From assembly GCA_017623575.1 (NCBI GenBank), contig JAGAOS010000005.1, forward strand, positions 14,350 through 78,349: a stretch of DNA of 64,000 bases, written 5' to 3'. Every line of letters starts with the position of its first letter. The first letter of the stretch is position 1. Positions 15,393 through 24,993 of the stretch are shown piece by piece. This DNA is from Clostridia bacterium. Its GTDB lineage: Bacteria > Bacillota > Clostridia > Oscillospirales > Acutalibacteraceae. The position numbers were made by a program, and so were the translations under genes. The notes under the pieces are model-generated. The model was given only the letters and a program-made list of their open reading frames with translations, ran no database searches and was not told the origin of the DNA.

Positions 15393-18248
15393 TTAACAAG
15401 GCATAACAGCAAATTTAAAATCAATTTGCTTTTCGTTAAGCTGATATTTGGGGTTAAGGGGATGTCCGCAAGAGCCGGAGCCTATGCCCGAAACCTTATA
15501 ATCAACCCTTAAATGAACAAGTCCGTCAGACTGAAGCTCATCAATATGATTTGCCTTGGAAAGCGCAATAGAGGTATAATTTGAAACATTAATTTCCATA
15601 CCCTTTTCGCTGTTGCAAATGAATTTCATATTGCCGATTTTCAGTTCCTTAACCGTAGTATGATTACCGTGCTCCTGAGGAACAATATAGTTTACATATT
15701 CATCATCTGTATTACTTTTAAAGCTGCCTACGAAACCCCAATGACCCATATCACGATAGCTTTCATAAGGTCCGTTACCATAATAGCTAAACTCCTTGTT
15801 TTGGGATGGCAGAGTAAATTCAAAGCCAAAACGAGGTAACCACCAAGCGTTCTCGCGGATATCAGCCTTTAAGGTAACATCTACCCTACCGTTTTTATCT
15901 ACCTTGTAGGTTACGATGTGGTTAGAAAAAGGAAAATGAGATACGCCTGCCAAAGAACCCTCAACAGTAATTACACCATCATTATAAGTTACTCTGTAAA
16001 CCTTATTAAAGGCTCTATCTAAATTCTCACCCTGCCATATGTTATAAAAGCCCCAATAAAGCTTAACACCTCTGTCATTATCGGTGGGTGCGCGCCATGC
16101 CGAAAGAAATGGCTTTGCGGCAAGCTGTTCTTCACCGTTTATAACCATACTTGTAAACACGCCGAAGCGCTTGGAGAATTTGTACGAAAAATTTTCGCCA
16201 ACAAAGCAGAAGTTCTTTTCATCCTCACTAAAGGATGCCATGGTAGCTTCTGCGACTTCTTCAACAATATCGGAAGGTAAAGCGTGATAAGTGTGGGCTA
16301 CATCCTCGCCATTTTTAACAAGGCGGCAGATAATATATGCGCCTAGTCTGCACTCGGCTTTTTTATAATCAACATCAAGGCTTATTTCTGTATGAGGCTG
16401 AGCGGTTAAAACAGTTTTTTCACTTTTAACGATGACACCGTCTACCTGAATTTCATACTCAAATTCACATTCGTTAAGATTGGTAAAATCGTAGCGGTTA
16501 TAAACAAAAAGCTTGCCGTTTTCATAACGGGTGCGGATTGGCTGATATGCCGCCTTAACCTCTAAGCTTCCCGCTTTAAGGGTACGGTCATAAAATACCA
16601 TACCGTCACAGCAGAAGTTACCGTCGTGGGTCAACTCACCCTCAAAATCTCCGCCGTATTTGGGTACTCCGTCCACAACTACAGTGTGGTCTGCCCACTC
16701 CCAAACACAACCGCCTATAACATTTTTATACCTATCAAAAATCTCGTTATATTCATAAACATCACCGGGTCCGTTACCCATTGCGTGGGCGTATTCGCAA
16801 AGGAAAATAGGCATATTTATTTCAGGCTTTTGAGCAAGCTCCTCCAAAAGCTCAAAGGAAGGATACATTTTTGAATAAACATCGGTGTTCTCTAAATAAA
16901 CATATTTTTCTTCCACTTCACATCGGCGGCAGGCATCCTCACAGTGAACAAGACGGTCATCCTCGCGGCTTCTGAGCCACTCAACCATTGCGGCGTGATT
17001 TATATCGTGACCGCTTTCATTACCGGTTGACCACATAATAATTGAGGGTTGATTTTCATCCCTGAAAACGGCTCTTTGCATTCGTTCAATATGCTCATTT
17101 TTCCACTCGGGCTTTGAGCAGGGCCAATCACCGCTTTCAACATCATAACCGTACTTGGCATTGGGGTAGCGGCGGACAAAGCCGTGAGTTTCAATATCGG
17201 TTTCAAGCACAACATAAATTCCAAATTCATTACACATTTCAAGGAATTTTGGTGGTGGCGGATAGTGAGAGGTTCTAACACAATTTATGTTAAGGCTTTT
17301 CATAACCTCTATGTCGTGCCTTAACTCATCATCGGTCTGATACCAGCCGTTTGTTGGGTGAGTATCGTGATGATTTACACCGTGAAGCTTAACCGACTGA
17401 CCATTTATTAAAAGCTCATAATCGCTATTAATCTCAATGGTGCGAAGTCCCACCTTTTGCTCGATTTCCTCGCCATTGCAACTGATTTTAAGGGTATACA
17501 GATAGGGTTTTTCTGCATTCCACAAAATGGGATTTTCTATTTTAAGCTCCCACTCGGTTTGCGAAATTTTTTCGCCCAAAAGCTTGCCCTCTGCATCATA
17601 AAGAGCAAAGTCTGATGGGGTATCTGCTTTTACGGTAACGGTATTAAGATTTGTTTTTACAGCAAAACTATTAAGGTGATTTTCAGGGCGCTTTAATATA
17701 TAGCAATCGCGGAAAATTCCGTTAAAGCGGAAAAAATCCTGATCCTCCAAATAGCTGCCGACGCACCACTTTAAAACCTTAACGCGCAGGGTATTTTTAC
17801 CCGATACCACAAAATCGGTAATATCAAACTCGGCTTGAAGGTGGCTACCCTGAGTAAATCCTACATATTTACCGTTTACCCAAACTATTCCGCAGGAGGA
17901 AACACCCTCTAAAACAAAATAGGTTTTGCCAATAATTTCACCCAAATCAAACTCCCTTTCATAAATGCCGCAGGGATTTTCATCGGGAACATAAGGCATA
18001 TCTACGGGGTAGGGATAGTTAATATTTGTATAATTTGGGTTTTCATACCCAAGTGCCTGCCAACAGGAAGGAACGGGGATTTCATCCCATTTATCAATGC
18101 TTTCCGGAACCTCAGCTTCATCGCTGAAATAAGCAAATCGCCACTTGCCGTTAAGCAATATATACTCTGCCTTACCGCGGGGAATATAATATGCCCTTTG
18201 GGGCAGACGGTTTTCACTTGTTTTTAAAATATTTTCGTAAAACCTCAT
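15393..18248 (-). CDS. lacZ: Beta-galactosidase, glycoside hydrolase family 2 (LacZ type)
   Basis: 951 aa. Contains WSTGNESGHD (acid/base region) and IFLCEYAHAMGNGPG (nucleophile region, near-identical to E. coli LacZ ILCEYAHAMGN), plus a C-terminal small-chain-like domain. Confidence 0.92.
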   Translation of the reverse strand: MRFYENILKTSENRLPQRAYYIPRGKAEYILLNGKWRFAYFSDEAEVPESIDKWDEIPVPSCWQALGYENPNYTNINYPYPVDMPYVPDENPCGIYEREFDLGEIIGKTYFVLEGVSSCGIVWVNGKYVGFTQGSHLQAEFDITDFVVSGKNTLRVKVLKWCVGSYLEDQDFFRFNGIFRDCYILKRPENHLNSFAVKTNLNTVTVKADTPSDFALYDAEGKLLGEKISQTEWELKIENPILWNAEKPYLYTLKISCNGEEIEQKVGLRTIEINSDYELLINGQSVKLHGVNHHDTHPTNGWYQTDDELRHDIEVMKSLNINCVRTSHYPPPPKFLEMCNEFGIYVVLETDIETHGFVRRYPNAKYGYDVESGDWPCSKPEWKNEHIERMQRAVFRDENQPSIIMWSTGNESGHDINHAAMVEWLRSREDDRLVHCEDACRRCEVEEKYVYLENTDVYSKMYPSFELLEELAQKPEINMPIFLCEYAHAMGNGPGDVYEYNEIFDRYKNVIGGCVWEWADHTVVVDGVPKYGGDFEGELTHDGNFCCDGMVFYDRTLKAGSLEVKAAYQPIRTRYENGKLFVYNRYDFTNLNECEFEYEIQVDGVIVKSEKTVLTAQPHTEISLDVDYKKAECRLGAYIICRLVKNGEDVAHTYHALPSDIVEEVAEATMASFSEDEKNFCFVGENFSYKFSKRFGVFTSMVINGEEQLAAKPFLSAWRAPTDNDRGVKLYWGFYNIWQGENLDRAFNKVYRVTYNDGVITVEGSLAGVSHFPFSNHIVTYKVDKNGRVDVTLKADIRENAWWLPRFGFEFTLPSQNKEFSYYGNGPYESYRDMGHWGFVGSFKSNTDDEYVNYIVPQEHGNHTTVKELKIGNMKFICNSEKGMEINVSNYTSIALSKANHIDELQSDGLVHLRVDYKVSGIGSGSCGHPLNPKYQLNEKQIDFKFAVMPC

Positions 18249-18388
18249 AAAATCAATCCCTTTTTCAGAATCTTGCTTGTTTTATTATAACCTACACTAA
18301 TATTCCAGTCAATACAAATTTTAAGCTAAAAAAGCACATAAAATTTTAGCCAAAAATATAAAATTGAGATTGAAAAAAACTATACTGC

Positions 18389-18550
18389 GATAAATTATAG
18401 TTTGAACGCTAAGCGTTCCCTTTTTGCGGGATGGTTTTAATCTTTAGGCTGAGCCTCGTTCCGCGCCCGGAGGGTTACTGATAAATTAATGTTCGAACCT
18501 ACAAAAGAGCCTTCCCCGTCAAGGGGAAGGCTTACAACCCACAATTTATC
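18389..18550. repeat. Two adjacent GATAAATT-type hairpin elements (copies F1 and F2)
   Basis: F1 starts gataaattatagtttgaacgctaagcgttc and carries several short hairpins. F2 (18480..18550) reads gataaattaatgttcgaacc...gccttccccgtcaaggggaaggc...ccacaatttatc. Confidence 0.75.
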
Positions 18551-18567
18551 ATAAATCAACACTCTTA

Positions 18568-18614
18568 AACACAAGAATCGACTACCTGAAAGATAGTCGA
18601 TTCTTGTGTTTTGG
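18568..18614 (-). terminator. Hairpin terminator downstream of the 1339-aa gene
   Basis: 17-bp stem aacacaagaatcgacta / tagtcgattcttgtgtt. The T-run on the minus strand is modest. Confidence 0.55.
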
Positions 18615-18640
18615 GGAGAAAATACAAATGAAAATTAATC

Positions 18641-21600
18641 TTATAATCCATATTTTGTAGTAAATAAGTCACCAATTGACTTTTTGTTAGCTTCGCACCA
18701 GTTTTTATACTCAGGTGCGTTTGCTTCATTTATAAAGGTGTAAAATGCGTTTACATCCTCTTCGGATGATTCGCTGCCATCGGCGGTATTTCCGTTATCC
18801 ACAGCATTAGCAACATCAAACAGACTAACAGCGACTACCTCACCGTAATAAACTGTACCGTCGGCGGCTAAAGCATAGCTACGGATTAAAATGTCATCAT
18901 CATAGCGGTCGACAGGAATGTTGGTAAGGTAGGATGTAAATACAACACTGCCATCCTTAACCTCCCAAGCTATATATTTTTCAGCCGAGAAGGTACCATC
19001 ACTAAAGGCAATACCCTTTCTTCCGTTTTCAAGAGTAATTTCGCCATTAATATCTGAGGCGAATACGGCTACAGAGCCATATTCAACAATATCGGCGGCG
19101 GTTATCCACTCATTTTTAATTTCATTGTATATTCTAAGACCGTTTTTGCCTGTTGTGCTTGCCTCGCCCGAACGGAGAGCCGCAGCATCATTATATGCTG
19201 TTTTAACTGCGCTGACATCATCCTTTTTCTCGGCGGCGGCAACAATTATACTTGCGGTGGTCTTGGCCCAGAAATCGTTTGCGTGGTTAATGTTGTTAGA
19301 GAGATAATCCTCATAATCCTTAGATTCTACTATCTCTGCCCAGACAGATGTGGTTTTTGCAATAATACAGTTAGGTGTTGAATCTGCAAGCTCCGAAAGC
19401 ACCTGTTCTAAATCCATCATATTATTGCGGTAATTACCGTAGATATAGGTTTTTTCATTGTTGATTTTGCCCGAAACAAGAACAATAGTGGCGTTGGGAT
19501 AAAGTTCTTTAAAATCGTTAATCATACTTGTGAATGATACTTTGTAGCTTTCGGGAGTGGTTCTTACATCATTACCTGCAAACTTAATATAAATAATATC
19601 GGGAACGATAGTTTTACCGTAATACTCGTTCATTCCCTGAATGCGGTCTTTGAGGTTTTCTGCGCCCCATTTTGCGCCCGTGCCACCGCAGGATATATTA
19701 TAATAATTAATATTATTACCATTTCCATATCGCTTAACAAGTTCAGTCATTGCCTGTTCAAAGAAGGTGGGCGCCGAAATTCCCGAGCCTGCCGCTTTGC
19801 GTTCTGTAACGGTAAATACACCGTTTTCAGCCCTTGATTTTGAGAAAAGTTCGTAGTTCACATTAGCACCTGTAGAAGAACAGCCTGTTGCGGTAGATGC
19901 ACCATAAACAAGCACATTAACCTCCTCATTGGTTGCAAGCTTATTATAAAAATTCTTCATATCATAAGACTGGTTTTCGGGTGCTTTTGGCGTATAGCCC
20001 GTTTCGCCAATCTCATCCCAAGTGGTTGAATGCTTATATGTTACATAAACGGTATATTTTTCGTGATTGCCATCGCTCATAAGAGCTAAGCCTTTGGTGG
20101 GGTCATTAATCAAGGTGTAATAAGCAGATGCCGAGTTATAACCACCGTAATTGAGTGCGCTGTCATAAAACTCATCATTTTCATCTGCAGGAACGGCTAA
20201 AGGTCCTGTATAAATGGGGCATTTGCCACCATCAATCCATACAAGTTTGCCGTTTTCAACCTTAAAATCAACACCCTTAACATACCATTTGTTAAGATTT
20301 TGGTTACGGATAGAAATAACATCATCAATAGGATAAAGAAGTTGTTTTGTAGTCTGAACGGTGCCGTCTACAGAATTAACGAACATTACTGCCTCGTGAT
20401 AAACGGTGTCACTCTCCCAAATTTTATTCATAAATATATCTGCATCATATTTGGTAAGATTTTCACCGCCCAGACCCACACCGGGAGCGTGATTTTGAGC
20501 GGCGGTTACACCTTCGGTAGTAACGGTAAGCTCATCATCAGCAGTAACGGTTATGGAATATACACCGTCCACAGAGTCAAGCACAGTTTCGCCGTACTTA
20601 ACGGTGGGTGTAACAGAAGCATCACAAAGGGCTTTAAATTCAACTGTATCACCCTGAATAGCGGCAGTTAAAGGCTTAGCCGCATTAACGGGTTCTAAGC
20701 GAACAGCTTCGTTAGAATAATTAACTGGAATATCTATTGTTTTATAAATCATAACATTATCCACATAAATTTTGGTGTTATCACTTTTAGCGGTAAAGAA
20801 AAGCAGCGTGTAACCTAATGCTTTTTCAGCCTCAATACCAAGATTGTCATAATATGACTGACTGTTTAAAGTATAAGTATGAGTAAATGTTTTCCATTCA
20901 TCAGAGGTTTCGGTAAAGCTTGTTCCGTAATAAACAAATCCGTTAGCATAACCGGTGCCACCTGAGGCAGTGGTATAGCTTGCCAAAGCGCTGGCATTGT
21001 GTGTAACTGTTGCGGTATGGGGGTAGAAGTCAACCCTGCCTGATACCAGTTTATATTTAAAGCTTATTGTTATATTATCGCCCGGATTTGCAAAGGAGGA
21101 AAGCTTTTCACTTGCCTTTTGCGCTACGATAACGCGGTGTTGAACATTATTATTAACGGCGGCTTTAAAGGTATGTGTTCCGTCATAGGAATTGTTAATA
21201 TCGTCAAGGATTTCACCATTTGAGGGGTTTGATGTACTGACTGTGAAGCTTTCAAAATCCTGATAAATACCGTTTATCCATTTAGCATAAAGGGTTGCAT
21301 CCTCCTCGGGTGCAATTTTCTCTAAGAACTTGCTTGTGAGGGCGGAATCGGTGTACCAGCCCGCAAATGTGAAGCCATCCCTAGTGGGTTCCTCGGGCAT
21401 TATGGTGATTGCCTTACCTGAATCAGCCATCATTGGCTCTACTGCGCTACCGCCGTTAGAATCAAAGGATAAAGTAATGGGGTTTTCATAAAGAGAGCCC
21501 TTACTTGTAAGCTTCATCTCATCAATGTAGATGGAATAAGGATTACCACCCAGGGTTGAATAAATAACAAATAAATAGTCGGTGGTGTTATCGGTAGTGA

Positions 21601-22660
21601 AGGTGAAGGTGTAGTCATACCAACCGCCGTCTGAAGGGCTTTGACACTCGGTTGCCTTACTACCCTGCTTATAATAAGTTGTAGGAATATTAGCATCAAT
21701 AGCGGCACCCTTTTTATAAAGGTATGATGTAAACCATGCCTTAGTGCTGCTACCCCATGCAGCATCAGCGGGGATATGATACTTAAAGCTGATTTCATAC
21801 TCGGTATACTTTTCAAGAGCGGGAAGGGTTAAAGCATTGATAGTGGTATTACCGTAAAGCTTTATGGATTTTCCTGTATTGTTATAGCAATAAGTGGTAT
21901 TGGTATTAAGAGAAATGCTGGGCCAACCGCTGTTAGGTCCTGAAACGGTTCCGTCAAAGGTTGCATTGGTGCCATTGACATAGCGTCCCCATTTAGTAGC
22001 ATCTTCAAAATTCACTTCAAGATTAAAATCATCTAAGTAGAAGTTATTATCATTAGCGGCTGTAACGCGAACTACAAGCATCATAGTGATGTTATCGCCA
22101 CTGTTAAAGCTATGGTTAACCTGATGCCATTCGTTACCCGTTTTCCACTGGGTAACGTTACCGCGTACGGAGGTTGTGGAGCTTGCGCCACCACTTGTTT
22201 CCCAAAGACCGCCGTCGCAGCGGGCAGAACCTGCAGCAGTGTAAATATCATAGCAACCGTCCTTGCCCCATTCGGCAGCACCGCCTACAGAAACTATTGC
22301 AGAGGTTGAAATGAGCTTGGCGGTATCGGTTGGAGTACCATCATAATACATACGGTAGCTGAGGTTATATTCGGTGTTGGGTGTAACCTCAAACTGAACG
22401 GTGGAGCACTGAGCGTAAGCCTGAAGCCTTAAAGAACTTGCGTCACCGCCATAGGTTTTGGTGGTGTCGGTATTTAAGGCAACAGAACCCCAACTGGATA
22501 ATGTTGCGGTAGTGCCCAGTCCACTGGTGCTACTGTAACGCACCCAGTTGTCGGGATTGTCAAAAACCGAGGCATAGCCGTCAGCACTGGCAGTAAGCAC
22601 TGCGCCAAAGCTTGAAATAATCAAGCAAATGCAAAGAATAAATGCTAAAACTTTTTTCAC
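18641..22660 (-). CDS. Secreted multidomain protein: CBM-like modules, a Listeria/Bacteroides-type repeat and an SGNH/GDSL-like hydrolase region
   Basis: 1339 aa with a signal peptide (MKKVLAFILCICLIISSFGAVLTASA). CBM-like modules end in YLDDFNL, IYIDEMKL and IYVDNVMI. SFDSNGGSAVEPM...DGFTFAGWYTD is a Flg_new-type repeat. VLVYGASTATG ... IKFAGNDV resemble SGNH blocks I and III (inference). Confidence 0.6.
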   Translation of the reverse strand: MKKVLAFILCICLIISSFGAVLTASADGYASVFDNPDNWVRYSSTSGLGTTATLSSWGSVALNTDTTKTYGGDASSLRLQAYAQCSTVQFEVTPNTEYNLSYRMYYDGTPTDTAKLISTSAIVSVGGAAEWGKDGCYDIYTAAGSARCDGGLWETSGGASSTTSVRGNVTQWKTGNEWHQVNHSFNSGDNITMMLVVRVTAANDNNFYLDDFNLEVNFEDATKWGRYVNGTNATFDGTVSGPNSGWPSISLNTNTTYCYNNTGKSIKLYGNTTINALTLPALEKYTEYEISFKYHIPADAAWGSSTKAWFTSYLYKKGAAIDANIPTTYYKQGSKATECQSPSDGGWYDYTFTFTTDNTTDYLFVIYSTLGGNPYSIYIDEMKLTSKGSLYENPITLSFDSNGGSAVEPMMADSGKAITIMPEEPTRDGFTFAGWYTDSALTSKFLEKIAPEEDATLYAKWINGIYQDFESFTVSTSNPSNGEILDDINNSYDGTHTFKAAVNNNVQHRVIVAQKASEKLSSFANPGDNITISFKYKLVSGRVDFYPHTATVTHNASALASYTTASGGTGYANGFVYYGTSFTETSDEWKTFTHTYTLNSQSYYDNLGIEAEKALGYTLLFFTAKSDNTKIYVDNVMIYKTIDIPVNYSNEAVRLEPVNAAKPLTAAIQGDTVEFKALCDASVTPTVKYGETVLDSVDGVYSITVTADDELTVTTEGVTAAQNHAPGVGLGGENLTKYDADIFMNKIWESDTVYHEAVMFVNSVDGTVQTTKQLLYPIDDVISIRNQNLNKWYVKGVDFKVENGKLVWIDGGKCPIYTGPLAVPADENDEFYDSALNYGGYNSASAYYTLINDPTKGLALMSDGNHEKYTVYVTYKHSTTWDEIGETGYTPKAPENQSYDMKNFYNKLATNEEVNVLVYGASTATGCSSTGANVNYELFSKSRAENGVFTVTERKAAGSGISAPTFFEQAMTELVKRYGNGNNINYYNISCGGTGAKWGAENLKDRIQGMNEYYGKTIVPDIIYIKFAGNDVRTTPESYKVSFTSMINDFKELYPNATIVLVSGKINNEKTYIYGNYRNNMMDLEQVLSELADSTPNCIIAKTTSVWAEIVESKDYEDYLSNNINHANDFWAKTTASIIVAAAEKKDDVSAVKTAYNDAAALRSGEASTTGKNGLRIYNEIKNEWITAADIVEYGSVAVFASDINGEITLENGRKGIAFSDGTFSAEKYIAWEVKDGSVVFTSYLTNIPVDRYDDDILIRSYALAADGTVYYGEVVAVSLFDVANAVDNGNTADGSESSEEDVNAFYTFINEANAPEYKNWCEANKKSIGDLFTTKYGL

Positions 22661-22730
22661 AAAAACATCTCCTTATAAATTTTCTATTTTAATTATAACA
22701 CATTTCAAGACGAAAAAAGCCAAATAAATT

Positions 22731-23996
22731 TCATTTTCTGCCCTTTAGAATTTTATTAATATTTTCAAATTGTTGTTCACTTGGTTTATAATCGGGATGA
22801 GAACCGCAAGGAATATTCGGTTCCCTGCCATCGGAATAATAAAAGGGGGTTGCATTATCAAATCTATACTTATCCCTATCTTCCTTTCTTCTGAAATCAG
22901 GAATATCATAGGGCATACCGTAACCCATAAGACTACGGTGTCCCAAAATTGCAACCGATGCCATACGGGTTGCAAAATAAACATCAAAGGTTGGTTTTTT
23001 ATCCTCGCGAATGCAGCTTAAAAACTCCCTTATAATACAGAAATCACCGCCGCCGTGACCTGCCGCCTTAATCAGTTCTTCGTCTTTATCGTTCCACTCG
23101 GGATTATAATAATTTATTTCTTCCCTACCTTCAGGAATTTCCCACTTATTATAGCGAAGCATAATCTTACCACCCGTTCCGCGAACATTTTCAATCATAC
23201 CTTTTTCGCCGCATAGACGATATGAATTTTCACTTCCGCCAAAGCCTGAGCAACCCGTAAACTTAAATACCGAATTATCATCATTAAGGGTGGTTATAAT
23301 TGCGGCTTTTTCACCTGTGCGCTTTACTCGGTCGCACTCGCGCGGTTGAGGATAAAATACCGGCATAGCCGTTACCCTTACAGGCGATGCGCCTGTTGCA
23401 TACATAATTGGCGCCAAGGAATGTGTAACATAATAGGTTGAAGGTAAAAACCAACGCCAATGCTTATCGCTATCATAAAGATTGCAAATATCCTCCCAGG
23501 TATCCTTTTCTCCGTTGCCGTAAGCTTTAACCGAATGATTGTACTCACCCTCGGCATATAAAATCTTGCCTAAGGTTTTACCGTCGGCAACCCTTTTCAT
23601 CTCCTGATTAAAAAGCATAAAGGGATAATTTTCCAAAAGCATATATTTGGCTTTGCTCTTTTCTGCCGCTTCAACCAGCTTTACTCCCTCAGCCATTGTG
23701 GAATTAGAAAGACATTCAGATAAAACATGAATACCCTTTTCAAGACACCTTATTGCATATTCACTGTGCTCATGAAAATAATTAGCAAGTAATACCGCCT
23801 CTATTCCCTCGTGCTCAATGAACTCATCAAATTCCTTATAAAGAGCGGTGGTGTTCCCCAATTTTTGTTTTGCCTGATTAAGGCGCTTTTCGCTTTTATC
23901 GCACACGGCTACTATCTCTCCGTTAAGCGCTAAAATATCGTCTACAAGACTTTGACCACGCCAAAATCCAAAAATACCAAGTTTAACAGTTTTCAT
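22731..23996 (-). CDS. Gfo/Idh/MocA family oxidoreductase
   Basis: N-terminal Rossmann pattern MKTVKLGIFGFWRGQS...AVCD, and EGIEAVLLANYFHEH typical of the family. GGAGGTG RBS. Confidence 0.8.
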   Translation of the reverse strand: MKTVKLGIFGFWRGQSLVDDILALNGEIVAVCDKSEKRLNQAKQKLGNTTALYKEFDEFIEHEGIEAVLLANYFHEHSEYAIRCLEKGIHVLSECLSNSTMAEGVKLVEAAEKSKAKYMLLENYPFMLFNQEMKRVADGKTLGKILYAEGEYNHSVKAYGNGEKDTWEDICNLYDSDKHWRWFLPSTYYVTHSLAPIMYATGASPVRVTAMPVFYPQPRECDRVKRTGEKAAIITTLNDDNSVFKFTGCSGFGGSENSYRLCGEKGMIENVRGTGGKIMLRYNKWEIPEGREEINYYNPEWNDKDEELIKAAGHGGGDFCIIREFLSCIREDKKPTFDVYFATRMASVAILGHRSLMGYGMPYDIPDFRRKEDRDKYRFDNATPFYYSDGREPNIPCGSHPDYKPSEQQFENINKILKGRK

Positions 23997-24002
23997 TTTA
24001 AT

Positions 24003-24905
24003 TCACCTCCATGTAATTTTAAATATTTCCTCTGACGGTAACAGTACAAGCGTTAAAACGCCTATAAAAGCAAGTATAACGGCTATTAGCTCCTTTTTAG
24101 TAGGCTTATTTTTTCCAAAAAAGCTAATTATGGTTGAAACTATTATTGTACCACCCGTAACAAAGGGATACTGTGCCGATGCAGGCAGTTCGGCAAGTGC
24201 CACCAGCAAAAGCCAATTTCCAACCCTGCTCAATGAACCTGAACCCGCCATTGCAAACACAGTAGCAGCATTTATTTTCTTTTTTTCGCCTTTTATAATA
24301 AGCACAAACAATAGGGAAACAGTTATTGTAACCAAAGAGGTGAGCATTGAATAACCCGCAGCAGATATTCTTTCAAAAGGTAAGGCGTAATAGATTTTGG
24401 AAATTACACCCGACATACCATTGAAAACAAAAACGCCTGCGTAATAAAACGCTCCACCCGAGCTACCGTCTTTTTTTACTGTAAGGCAAAGGGCAAGGGT
24501 TATTATAACAAAGCAGGCGCATTTGCTGATTGTAACACTTTCTTCGTGAAAAAGTATTCCCGATAAAAACGGTAATGCCATACCGCCAAGCATGGAAAAC
24601 AAGGAATAAAGAGAAAGATTTATTTTTGAAAGCGCCTTTAAACTGCAAAATGTAAAAAGAAGTCCGTTAATTGTAGAAATAATAGCCATTATAAAGGCAA
24701 AAAGAGAAAATTCAAAACTAAGTCCGTTTATTAAGGCTAACACAATAAATCCGAATATGCCGCCTCCAAGGCTTGCCACAAAGCTATCACGAAATCCGCT
24801 TCCGTAATTCTTTCTGAAAATATCTTTAAAGAAAAACATAAATCCAAACATTACGGTAGAGGTTGTGAGCAGGCCGTAACTTATAAGCTCATTCATATAA
24901 TTCAC
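24003..24905 (-). CDS. DMT/EamA-like polytopic membrane transporter
   Basis: 300 aa with about 10 predicted TM segments and a two-halves architecture. The start (GTG at 24905 or ATG at 24896) is uncertain. Confidence 0.55.
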   Translation of the reverse strand: MNYMNELISYGLLTTSTVMFGFMFFFKDIFRKNYGSGFRDSFVASLGGGIFGFIVLALINGLSFEFSLFAFIMAIISTINGLLFTFCSLKALSKINLSLYSLFSMLGGMALPFLSGILFHEESVTISKCACFVIITLALCLTVKKDGSSGGAFYYAGVFVFNGMSGVISKIYYALPFERISAAGYSMLTSLVTITVSLLFVLIIKGEKKKINAATVFAMAGSGSLSRVGNWLLLVALAELPASAQYPFVTGGTIIVSTIISFFGKNKPTKKELIAVILAFIGVLTLVLLPSEEIFKITWR

Positions 24906-24993
24906 ATATAACTAAATCCTCTCGAAAAGGACGGTTTAATTATATCTCCTTTCTTATAGGATGAATACATGGAAATATCCATTGTCTTTCTCC

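Noticed and set aside
18480-18505. GTTCGAACC within repeat F2 looks like a tRNA T-loop
   Set aside because: No flanking T-stem, acceptor stem or anticodon arm can be drawn. The motif is not conserved in the sister copy E (gtttaacgaac).
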